This document shows positions 52,710 to 64,000 of a stretch of 64,000 nt of DNA, one piece after another. The DNA is taken from NCBI GenBank assembly GCA_951406725.2, contig OX597824.1, positions 7,998,001 to 8,062,000 on the forward strand, in the 5' to 3' direction. Each line of letters opens with the position of its first letter. The first letter of the stretch is position 1. Source of the DNA: Octopus vulgaris. Taxonomy: Eukaryota. The position numbers were made by a program, and so were the translations under genes. The notes under the pieces were generated by a model, which saw nothing but the letters and a program-made list of their open reading frames with translations, was not told where the DNA came from and made no database searches.

Positions 52710-53382
52710 ATTTCTTGAATGTAAAACTTATTTATTCGTAGTGTTTTGAATTATGCTTTATCTCCTCGCTTTGAGATTTTGATGTGGCTGTTGATTTTTA
52801 CAGTGACATTGTAGGGTACGCGTGAAAGGTCAGATCTGACAGTTTCAACATAAAACAGGGCTGAATATTTGAGCCAGATTTGGCCAGTTTGAATGCTTTA
52901 CGGCCAACCCCAAATATCAACTTTTTCAAAACAGATCCATGATCAAAGACATTTCAGTCATGACCACCCTGTCTTGTTTGTACGCACAGACAACCCAAAA
53001 GTGCTTTATCCAATTTACTATTTCTAAGACATTTACCATTTCTTGGGAGTTCAAGGGTGATTTAGCTTCTATTTCTAACTGCCTGAATGACCTCACAAAT
53101 GCTCCCCTCATTCGGTCAAGGTATTGTACTGCTAGCTGACCTAAACAACCGCTATTGACCACAGTACAAATACATGCAATTGGCTTGTAAATGATTCTCA
53201 GTAATCTATGATTGGTCAGAACCAGAATGGTATTTGGACATTGGCCAAAATATATTAACTAAAATTCTCAGTTTTTTCTCTCTCTTTCTCATTTTCTTTC
53301 CCTCTCTCTCTTTTTCTTCCTTTCTCTCATTTTCTCATCTACTCCCTTGTTCTTCCTCCTCTCACTTCCATTCTGTCTCTGT

Positions 53383-53471
<89 letters not shown>

Positions 53472-53682
53472 TATGGTACTTAAGTTAAAGGCACCAGAAT
53501 TTGGTATGGTATTATCCATATAAATCAAATTGGGTGATTATAATCAAAATAAGCAACAAGGATATCCAAGGTAGTGTAGTACAATCGTTTCATGCTACTT
53601 CATTTTATTAAACAATGTAAGTATTACATCAATGTAACATTACATCATTAAATTTGTCCATTTAATTAAAAAAAATTCCATA

Positions 53683-53770
53683 TGTGGCTGAAGAGTGCTC
53701 TACATTTTAAAATTGATGTAATACTTACGTTGTTGAATAAAATGATGTAGCATGAAACGATCGTACCACA
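53683..53770 (+). ncRNA. Type I hammerhead ribozyme motif with a long stem II
   Basis: TGTGG-CTGAAGA-GTGCT...CATTTTA...TAAAATG...AGCAT-GAAA-CGATCG-TA-CCACA. Stem III is the palindrome ACGATCGT; the triplet is GUA. Confidence 0.75.
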
Positions 53771-53800
53771 CTACCTTGGATATCCTTGTTGCTTATTTTG

Positions 53801-53845
<45 letters not shown>

Positions 53846-54241
53846 ATCCATCATTCTTCCATCTTTCTTTCTCTATTCCTTACAGCCATTCCTTGTGTGT
53901 GTGTAGAGAGAGGTCACTCAGGAGTATGGCACACATGTAACTCATTCAATTGAGAAATGATTCACAACAGCAACAACACCCAACACCTGTTTCTGCTCTA
54001 ATTTCTTCCACATAAAACCATATTTCTGGAACTAGATTCTTATTTATATATTTCTCATTCAAGTTACAAACGAGAAAAGTTTAACAGACCATACATAGAC
54101 TTGAACTCACTTTCTCATTGTTCTCATACCGCCTTCTCCCCATCTCTTCTTCTCTCTTTTGCTCTTTCTCTCTCTTCCCTACTCTGTTGCTCTCTCACTT
54201 TTCTGCTTTCCTTCTTCCTCTCTCTCTCTATCTATCTATCA

Positions 54242-54278
<37 letters not shown>

Positions 54279-55916
54279 ACCTACGTACTTACCTATCCTT
54301 CTCTTCCCTCTCCATATGTATACATATGTGTGTGTGTATATGTATATAAATGTGTATGTATATATGTGCTTATATAAATGTATATATGTGTATGCATATA
54401 TGTGTGTCTATATATGTAAATATATATATGCATGTGTATATATGTATATATATATATATATATGCATGTGTGTTTATATATATATATATGCATGTGTGTT
54501 TATATATATATATATGCATGTGTGTTTATATATATATATCTGCACTTTTGTGAATGATAAGATCATAATTATAAATTCCAATGAGCCAGTCACTGGTTCA
54601 CTGCCTATCAAACACAGAAACTGATAAGGGAGTGTCTGTAGCTCAGTGCAGAAAATATATTGCAATGGACTTTATGTAAAGTGCACAGATTTTTTTTCTT
54701 TTTTTTCCTGTCTTTCTCTAATTTTGTCTTTAAAGTTTGCTTTTCCATTCTTGCACGGTTCCGATGGCATTTGTCAAGGCAGGTGTTTTATGGCTGGATG
54801 CTCTTCCTGTTGCCTACCTGCACTTGTTTCCAAGCAAGCTAATATTTCCTTGTGACTGGATGATTGGAAACGAATGACACTGCTTGTATGACAGTGACGC
54901 TCGTTTACAAATACTACAAGATGTCAAAGCAGGGAGACAAACACATACACATGCACATTTATTTATACACAATGGGCTTTTAGTTTCTGTCTACTAAATT
55001 CATACACAGGGTATTTATCAGCCCAGGGTTATAGTAAAAGACCCTTGCCCCAAGGTGCCACACAAGTAGGACTGAACTGGAGAGTACATACAACCAATTA
55101 TACATCTGAGTCTCTTACTCACACACACACACACACACACACCTGATACCAATACAGGATTAACCCTTCTGATACCAACCTGCCTGAAACCTTCTCTGGC
55201 TCTGTAGTACAAATGTCTTGTTTCCATAAGTTTTGAATTATAATCTTCCACCAAACATCTTAGTCACAATTTATGTTCCTAACACCAGCTTAATGATAAC
55301 TAAGTTCTTTTACTAAATTCTTTGTTATATTTAAAATTAATTGAAAGAAACACAGAACATCTCAACAGAAATACAGTAACAAAAGGGTTAAGCTAAAGAA
55401 ATTTAGGAATACTATTTTACCATTATTTCTTCTTTGAAATTCACAGAAACTGCCATTTCTGAGAATTCAAAAGAAGAAATTATATGAACCCCCCTTTCTC
55501 CCCACACGTATACATATATATTTATATATAGGGAAAAAAAACTGACAGGGACTTTGAAGTTTCATGATGGACCGGCTTTGTCGAACTATAAGATTCTTTA
55601 ATCTCTGATAACGTTTATGAGTCTGAGTAAAACTTGTTGGATGGTGTTATGAATGAGTGCAATGCAAGTGTGGTTTAAAGAGGTAGACTTCTTTGAAGTA
55701 AAGATAGCTTTTATTGAAAAGAAGAAAAGAAAAACATTAATGGATTATCTGAGTAGATTAACAAAAAACAAATGCATTTACACACACACAAATTGAACTA
55801 TGAGGTAAATTGTTTGAATAAATAATAAGAGAGTATATATATATATATACTTGCCATGATAGATCGCTAGCCACTAAACCTTTTTCTGTTTTCTCTCCCT
55901 GTTTATTTCTGTGTTC

Positions 55917-55953
55917 CTTTCTGTTGAAGAGCATAGGCTCAAAACATAAAAAG
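55917..55953 (+). ncRNA. Degenerate minimal hammerhead motif in a short repeat flanked by (TA)n (~55850-56050)
   Basis: CTTT-CTGTTGA-A-GAGC ATAG GCTC-AAAA-CA-TA-AAAAG. Same architecture as 57538-57572, but with core substitutions. Confidence 0.45.
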
Positions 55954-56167
55954 ACTTTCTCACCTTCCCGAGCATTAAACTAATACATCTGTTTGTTTAC
56001 ACACCCGTCTTCGTCTTTTGCTGTTTTTTTTTTGTAGAATTCTCACTACATATATATGTGTGTGCGTGTGTGTATTATAGATATATAAGTATTTTGATTG
56101 TTTTTTAAAAATCTTGCTGATCTTTAAAATGAATGAAACAAGATTAGTCTTACAAAGGTCATTATTT

Positions 56168-56200
<33 letters not shown>

Positions 56201-56300
56201 GTAGGTTGATTGTCTATTCGGTTGAATTTTTTCTCTTTTTTTCTGTCTTCTCACTGACCACTTATACATTGTCTTAGATAGGAGACTCCATCATATATAT

Positions 56301-56688
56301 AGGCACAGGAGTAGCTGTGTGGTAAGTAGCTTGCTAACCAACCACATGGTTCTGGGTTCAGTCCTATTGCGTGGCACCTTGGGCGATTGTCTTTTACTGT
56401 AGCCTCAGGCCGACCAAAGCCTTGTGAGTGGATTTGGTAGATGGAAACTGAAAGAAGCCCATCATATATCTATATAGATAGATTTGTGTGTGTCTGTGTT
56501 TGTCCCCCCATCATCACTTGACAAACGATGCTGGTGTGTTTACGTCCCCGTAACTTAGCAGTTCGGCAAAAGAGACCCGATAGAATAAGTACTAGGCTTA
56601 CAAAGAATAAGTCCTGGGGATCAATTTGCTCGACTAAAGGAGGTGCTCCAGCATGGCCACAGTCAAATGACTGAAACAAGTAAAAGAA
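56301..56688 (+). mobile_element. SINE family A, full length
   Basis: Matches family A. Confidence 0.9.
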
Positions 56689-57537
56689 TATATATATATA
56701 AAAAATACAAAATGGGCCAAGACCGCAAAACATCCGGACAACTAGGTGATACAAAAAGGGACAACAAAACATCCAGATAGACGATACAAAAAAACAAGGA
56801 CAGTTCATTTGAACCTTTCTATCCTCAGTCAAGAACCGGATGAACAAAAGGGTCCTGCATACATTTTATCTGCCAAATTATGTTTGCAATGAATGGAAAT
56901 GCATCGCTTGACCCGAGACTTTAATTGAAGACAACCATACTTAAGGCACCGGACGGAGGATCAAATCTTGAACTACAACATCACACACATGACATAATCT
57001 CCTAACCACTTCTGCAATACGACTGTCAACATATTTCATTTACTTAGTCATCCAATGTCTGAGCTCCAACATCTCTGAGACCAGGCCGAACCAGTTCTGC
57101 CTGACAATGTCCATAGTTTACTTTCACTAGTCATCATACAGTTCTGTTCCTCTGTCAACAACCTCAATGGTTATTCACTCGTAATGCTTCCTTCTTTCTT
57201 ATTCGCTACAGGTGGAAACATCGTTAACTAATGACAAATAAAAGCTAAATAGATGAAGCATAAAAACCTGGTTATTGGTAGCACTGTAGCTTTCACTTGG
57301 AGCAAAAAACTGGTTTGGTAGGCACCAGTCACCAATACCAATGTAGCTACAACATCCACAAGAGTTTCCATATTGTCGTCAGTCAGTCTACTAGAAAATG
57401 CAGCTAAATCACTCTCAAATCATAGCATATTCTCTTAAATTCTCACATATTCGACAGATCGTGTGTGTATCGCTGGCGTTTTTTTTTTTTTTTTTTTTAC
57501 CTCCGTCTTCCCTTCCTTGGATCTTTCCTTTTTTTAT

Positions 57538-57572
57538 GTTTCTGACGAAGAGCTCCGCTCGAAACGTTAAAT
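57538..57572 (+). ncRNA. Minimal type I hammerhead ribozyme motif (PLE-type)
   Basis: GTTT-CTGACGA-A-GAGC TCC GCTC-GAAA-CG-TT-AAAT with palindrome AACGTT, in a pyrimidine-rich repeat ending at (TA)n (~57660). Confidence 0.7.
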
Positions 57573-57653
57573 CCCCCTCTTTCCTTTCCTAGTGTCCAAT
57601 AACACTATACTTGTTCCACGTCCTCGCGTTGTTGTGTTTTCATGTTTAGATTA

Positions 57654-57715
<62 letters not shown>

Positions 57716-57989
57716 TACATACATGCCTGGGTAAAAAAGAAAATTGTAAAAATACAGACAGGATGTGGAGTCAGAACACTTTCGATGATTTGTGTTCAAT
57801 CTGAACTGACCCGGGACTGAAAATAACAATAACTAGAACTTTATTCTTTATAGGGGTTTGATTTCCTCAAAATAACAGCTTAATTATCCTTCAACAAATG
57901 TCCTCAGGTTTTTAAATAAGAAACACAAAAAAAAAAAGCATCTTCACTTATAAATTTCTTTAGCTCCCAGAACAGACCAACATGACCAT

Positions 57990-58212
57990 TGCTGGTGGTC
58001 ATTTTCCACAATTTTTTCTGTTGGGTCTCTTCTCTGAGAATCCAGCAGGAGTGATGGCTCCTGTTGGTTGGCCACATGCTACGTGGTCATGGCAAATGAT
58101 GAAGTATCTTGCAGAGATGGACTGGGACACTGTTCAGAGGGTTACCTGGGATGATCTGAGCAAATATTGGACAAATGGTGGCTGCAGCAATGGCACATGT
58201 CCCCACACCAAG
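57990..58212 (+). mobile_element. RTE-like LINE extreme 3' coding relic
   Basis: ENPAGVMAPVGWPHATWSWQMMKYLAEMD resembles a decayed 'P.GW.RP.GRP..TWL.Q' RTE C-terminus. Confidence 0.5.
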
Positions 58213-59285
58213 AGCAGCATACACTCCAGACAGATTTGTGTTTATAATTTAATCAGGGAGAGGGGACAGTGCCCATGGTCTTTCCAAGCTGGTGAGTTTG
58301 ATATGACCAATAGGGGTTCAGCTGGAAGGGAACTGGAGCATAAGAGTCTAATTAGAATAATTGTTTTTAGGCATGACTGTGTAGTAGGATGCTTGCTTCC
58401 CAACCACATGGTTCTGGGTTCAGTCCCACTGCATGGCACCTTGAGCAAGTGTCTTCTGTTAGAGCCTTGGGTGGACCAAAGCCGTGTGAGTGGATTTGGT
58501 TAATGGAAAGTGAATTTAAGTCCTGAGATTGATTTTTGTCCTCTTTTTTTTTTCAACAAAAGCCCCTCAAAGTGGGGCTCTAGCATGGCCACAGTCCAAT
58601 GACTGGAACAAGTAAAAGAGAAATGACATCTCCCACTATTACCCCCCCCACACACACACACACAACCACTACCACCTGAGCCATCGCTAATCTTAGTACT
58701 ACTCCTACTACTACTACCAATAGTATTAGTAGTAGTAGTACCACCACCACCCCAAGTGCCACCACCAACTTCCCCACTCCTACTACTCTCCACTTATCCT
58801 GTTACCCATGCAGCCCCCTCTTCACAAAGATAATTCAGTGAAAATCCTGCTACACAGTGGAGCTATTTTATTCTGTGTAGGGGGGGGGGGGGCAGAGCTA
58901 TGCAGAAATCTATGCCTGTACTCAGTGTGTGTGTGTGTGTGTGTGTTTAATCTCTGATGGAAAGCTAACAAACCATTCCCCCCCCCCCCTATATCTGTAG
59001 TTTTAATCAACAGACTGGCTTTCTGTTAGTAAATTACTTCCACAATAACAAGAACTGCAACAACAACAAAACTAATAATAATAATAATAACAATAATAGT
59101 GGGTGGGGGAGAGAGATAAAAGGGGGCAGGGCAACTGTGGTAAGGAGAATGAAAGTATGGCTTATTGATTATTTATAGTTTAGTTGCCTATCGTTAAAAG
59201 TCTTCCTGGTAGGGGCTTTTATTATTCAGTGTGTGTGTGTGTATGAGTGTGCATATGTAATACACCCCATGTGTGTATGTATGTA

Positions 59286-59330
<45 letters not shown>

Positions 59331-59387
59331 TTAGATCTCTGTGTATAAATATACTTAGATCTCGATGTGTATAAATATACTTAGATC

Positions 59388-59423
<36 letters not shown>

Positions 59424-60222
59424 CTTAGATCTCTAAGTGTATATATATATATATATATCATCATCATCTATTTATATATCTATATATAAGTATATATATA
59501 TATATATATATATACTTATATCTCTGTGTATATATACTTATATATAGATATATAAATAGATGATGATGATGATATACATATATATGTATACTTATATAAA
59601 TATATTTGTATATATGTAAATAAATATATATATGTATGTGTGTGTCTATATATATAATGAGGTGTTAGGTGGGGGGGGGAGCATTGTTTTCCTTTTATCG
59701 TTTTGGAGGGTTTTGGTTTGTTTTTTGTTATTGTTTTTTTATGTCTTGTACATTCTTTCCGTGCTTTTGCTAAATTCTATCATTTGGTCATTGGTTTTGT
59801 GTATACATGTACAGACACGTGTATATATTTGTGTATGTGTGTACTTCTGCTCTGATTCTGTTCATGTTGCACACATTAGGGCGCCAAAAAAAACAAAACA
59901 GCAAAAAATGAAAAAAAAAGGGTCCCAACTTCCCTCATCACAGCTTTGGGGGTTTATAATATATTAGATGAGTCAGCTTGGTTATAATGCCCCACCGTTG
60001 GTATTCAGTTCCTACCCTATACTCTCTACCGCCCCCACTTCACCTGGTGGCATGGGTGGGGGGAGCCCTTTTTTTTTTTATTTCTTGTTAGATGGTGAGA
60101 CCCCCAAATTTTCTCATCCTGTACAAATCAACATGGTAGTAATCCCTTCTCTTTAATTCTGTCATTTCTGTTGATGTCTGACTCTCTGGATATATTTTCC
60201 CCCTAACTTTGTGGAATCATCA

Positions 60223-60394
60223 CACCACCACTGCCAACATCACCACCACCACCACATCATCACCACCACCATCATCATCACCGCCATCACCACCACCACC
60301 ATCATCACCAATACCAACATCACCGCCACTATCACCATCACCATCTCCACCACCATCATCATCACCATCATAATCATCATCATAATCATCATCA
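60223..60394. repeat. (CAC/CAT)n trinucleotide repeat
   Basis: Seen directly. Confidence 0.9.
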
Positions 60395-61675
60395 TTGTAG
60401 TTGTCAGTCAACACCCTGACACTAAGTTATGGGAATCTTTATTATTGTTGTTTTGCCCCTGTTTGTACCCCTCATTTTCCCTCCTTTCATTCTTTTTCTT
60501 TTCCCCCTTTATCCCTCCCCTCCTCATACCCAAGCCAAATGTTGACTTTGCCTTTTTATTTTCATCATCATCATCATCATCACTACACTGGTCTTTACAT
60601 TCCATGTCTACTCAAGGTTATCTGCCCCTGTCCCACTTATTATCAGCCAATATCCCCACCCCTGCATTTCACCTCTCTACATCCACTCCCACCCCCATCG
60701 CACCTCACCTCACCTCCAATGCTCCCTATTATTCTTATCCTTCCACTTTCCTGTTCCTCCTTCCATTCCATCTCTCACCTCTTCTCTGCTGGGGGGGGGG
60801 GGGCTCTTTCTTCCCTCCACCCATCCACCTTACCTACAAGCTCCTTCATGCCACCCCTTTTTCTGTTTCTCCTTTTTTTTTTTTTGAACCCTAATTCCGG
60901 TAGCATTCCATTGTCAAGTCCCTTGCTTTCACCACATTACAACCACATTCACCCCATCAAAAAACAGGGGTGTAAAGGAGGGTTAGGAATATGAAAGAAG
61001 CCTGATGTGTGTGGGTGTGTCTGTGCGTCTGTGCATGTATATGTATGTGTCTGCCTGTGCATGTATATGTATGTGTCTGCCTGTCTGTCTCTGTTGAATG
61101 GTACACTGACACAAGCTACCCTGTCACAAGCTACCCACAAGCTACCCCGTCCCTGACACAAATTAGTTTCAAATTAATTTCCAAACCCAGAGATGCACCT
61201 GCCAATTATTAATGGGTTGTGGAGATGAAAGAGAAATTAGCTGGACTGCACAGATGGTGCTTTACTGCTTTATTTAGTCCAATGCCTACATCACTGTTCC
61301 CAGGATCAAATCTTACCCATGCTCCCCTCCTTTTTTGTTTTTGTGATATCTAAAAATACAGTGATTATTCTTAAGCTAAAAGTCAATTCAGTTGGGTAGC
61401 TTCTACATAATTGGTTAAAATGACACTCAGCTAAAAGTAACAGTTAAATCTTCTTCAAATCACACCTCACCACTTTACAATGTTTGTTCAATTCTTTGAC
61501 CAAGGGAAAAAATACAGAATGGTCACGACAAGTCTTCAAATCATAAGTCTGCTGAACCAGGGCCAACTAGGAACTGACCAAAACTTCTTTGAAATTGCTT
61601 TTATATCGAGACAAAATCTCCAATGAGTCAGACAATCCACCCCACCCCCCTCTAGCCACTGTGTAATAATAACCA

Positions 61676-62100
61676 TTATTTACATTTGATGGATATTTGT
61701 CCTCATCTTGTTTGTTGTTAACACATTTCGGCTGATATACCCTCCAGCCTTCATCAGGTGTCTTGGGGAAATTTTGAACCTGGGTTTTCATTCCTAAGGT
61801 ATTTTTCAATGTTATTATTATTATTCACACCACTGCCTGCCTGTGGGTGTAGTGGTTAAGAGTGCGGGCTACTAACCCCAAGATTCCAAGTTCAATTCCA
61901 GGCAGTGACCTGAATAATAATAATAATAACATTGAAAAATACCTTAGGAATGAGAACCCAGGTTCAGAATTTCCCCCAAGACACCTGATGAAAGCTGGAG
62001 GGTATATCAGCCGAAACGTTATGTTAACAACAAACAAGACGAGAAATACCCGTCCAATGTAAATAATGTAAATAATTCCTCATCTCTTAAATAACAGAAC
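61676..62100 (+). mobile_element. tRNA-headed SINE-like element with an internal hammerhead, plus an inverted 5'-truncated copy, flanked by a 12-bp direct repeat
   Basis: Head at ~61839-61907 (TGTAGTGGTT A box, GGG CT ACT AA CCC anticodon-like arm, AGTTCAATTCC B box). Arms ~61674-61827 and 61911-62068 are reverse complements. TAATAATAACCA occurs at 61664-61675 and 62101-62112. Confidence 0.8.
61981..62024 (+). ncRNA. Minimal hammerhead motif (second copy at 61721-61761, minus)
   Basis: Two-copy consensus ACAC-CTGATGA-A-GGCTG gagggtatat CAGCC-GAAA-CG-TT-GTGT. Each copy has different lesions. Confidence 0.7.
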
Positions 62101-63356
62101 TAATAATAACCAGTTGCTTCATGATTGAGCTATTTCCAATTGAAGTTCTAAAATGAGTTTGCTACATACATTTAGCTGTAGCTGGGGCTGTGTGCTTAAA
62201 GACGTTTGCTTTACAGTCATGTGGTTCCAGACTTGGTCTTGCTGTTTGGTATCTCCTGCAAGTGTTTTCTATTGTATTGACCAATCCTTTCTGAGTGGAT
62301 GCCTGGAGAAATGGATGGTGGTGGTGGTGGTGGTCATGATTGTGATGTTGACAATGGTGGTGGTGGTGGTGGTGGTGATGAGGATAATGATGGTGTGTGT
62401 TTGTTCATTGTTGTGATGTGAAGAAGCTGTTTGGAACTACATGGTTTCATATCTGGTACCACCTGGCAGGTGTCTTCAACTGTAAACTTGTGCTGACCAA
62501 GTGGAATATGGTCGACAGAAAACATAAGAAACCCCTGTGTGTGTGTGAGTGAGAAAAATCTATATATATATATTTAGCACCATCCGAACATGGCCAATGC
62601 CAGCGCTGCCTTTACTGGCTTCTGTGCCGGTGGCACATAAAACACACCAACCGATTGTGGCCATTGCCAGCCTCCTCTGGCCCTTGTGCTGGTGGCACAT
62701 AAAAAGTACCTACTACATTCACGGAGTGGTTGGCGTTAGGAAGGGCATCCAGCTGTAGAAACACTGCCAGATCAGATTGGACCCTGGTGCAGCCTCCTGG
62801 CTTCCCAGACCCCGGTCGAACCATCCAACCCATGCTAGCATGGAAAACGGACATTAAATGATGATGATGATAATGATATGTGTATAAGTGTGTGTGTATG
62901 TATGTATGTATATATATATTTTTTTTTTTCGTCATCATTTAACATTTGCCTTCCATACATGTGAATGTATGTATGTATATATGTGACTCACCAGTTCAAC
63001 AATGTTAGGCCAACATTTCTTATATCATTCCATTAAGTAAGACCTGACAATACATTTAACTACTTTCTTTTGTGTTCTTAACAACTACCATATAAGGTTT
63101 AAATTAGTTGTCCGAAACTCTTCTTGGTTCTGCGCTGTAAGTAGCCATTTCATTAATTGTATTTGACAACTCTTTTACTCTTTTACTCTGGGACAGTATT
63201 GTTTTCTTTTGGAATTACCCACATTTTATTCTTCTGTTTTGACAATGTTAAAACCAAATAAACCTGTGACCTTCTCTGACAATCTTCCATTACATAGTCA
63301 TTGCCTTTTATTTTTCTTCACTACAGCTACAAAACTGTTTTCCCATTTTCAAATAT

Positions 63357-63728
63357 AGGCGTAGGAGTGGCTGTGTGGTAAGTAGCTTGCTTACCAACCA
63401 CATGGTTCCGGGTTCAGTCCCACTACGCGGCACCTTGGGCAAGTGTCTTCTACTATAGCCTCGAGCTGACCAAAACCTTGTGAGTGGATTTGGTAGATGG
63501 AAACTGAAAGAAGCCTGTCATATATGTGTTTGTGTGTCTGTGTTTGTCCCCCCAACATCGCTTGACAACCGATGGTGTGTTTACATCTCCGTAACTTAGC
63601 GGTTTGGCAAAAAGAGACCGATAGAATAAGTACTAGGCTTACAAAGAATAAGTCCTGGGGGTCGATTTCCTTGACTAAAGGCAGTGCTCCAGCATGGCCA
63701 CAGTCAAATGACTGAAACAAGTAAACGA
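63357..63728 (+). mobile_element. SINE family A, full length
   Basis: Matches family A. Confidence 0.9.
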
Positions 63729-64000
63729 GTTTTCTATTTAAATGATAACAAACGTGGACAGGACAGGTGGAGGAGGATATTGGGAGGGCTGGTTTGAGAA
63801 GGGGGAGACACCCAAAACCAGGCAAGATAGTGTGAGGACAGTTGCTATGGCACTGAGGTAGATCTGGCCACCCCATTTAACAGGGATAAAACCCGGATTT
63901 AAAACACTTGATGATGAACAGAATCTATTCAGTAAAATGTGCTGTTGCTATTTCCCTACTAAAATCCACCCCTTAATCCATAGAGACACTGCTTACAAAC

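Noticed and set aside
60211-60994. 227-aa and 197-aa ORFs
   Set aside because: Low-complexity CAC/CAT and pyrimidine-rich sequence with no domain.

Overview
This is AT-rich, repeat-saturated animal genomic DNA. Its SINE families and (TA)/(TG)/(TACA) microsatellite load look like an octopus (coleoid cephalopod) genome; the taxon is my inference. Nearly all listed ORFs are artefacts of microsatellites or SINEs. The only convincing host coding sequence is a 78-nt first exon at 21532-21609 (+), MADINSRRSVTLTADQREDIQEVFNT, followed by GTAAGT. It resembles the helix entering the first EF-hand of plastin/fimbrin. I found no second exon, so intron 1 probably exceeds 42 kb, and CpG becomes visibly depleted from about 32.4 kb. 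The rest is mobile DNA: several tRNA-derived SINE families (one with about 20 copies); Tc1, mariner and DD37D transposase relics; hAT, piggyBac-like and foldback MITEs; three non-autonomous Helitrons; and R4/Dong-, RTE-, CR1- and Penelope-type retroelement fragments. The main unannotated signal is a set of minimal type-I hammerhead ribozyme motifs with palindromic stem III, in at least five apparently unrelated short repeats (8337-8394, 53683-53770, 55917-55953, 57538-57572, 61721-61761 with 61981-62024). Some sit in Penelope-style tandem or inverted arrangements. One lies in a tRNA-headed (Pol III) SINE-like element inserted as a TSD-flanked inverted dimer, which is a candidate Penelope-mobilised, ribozyme-bearing SINE. 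A SINE whose head is replaced by a tRNA-Gly(TCC) 5' portion is also present. All calls were made by eye, and repeat boundaries are approximate.
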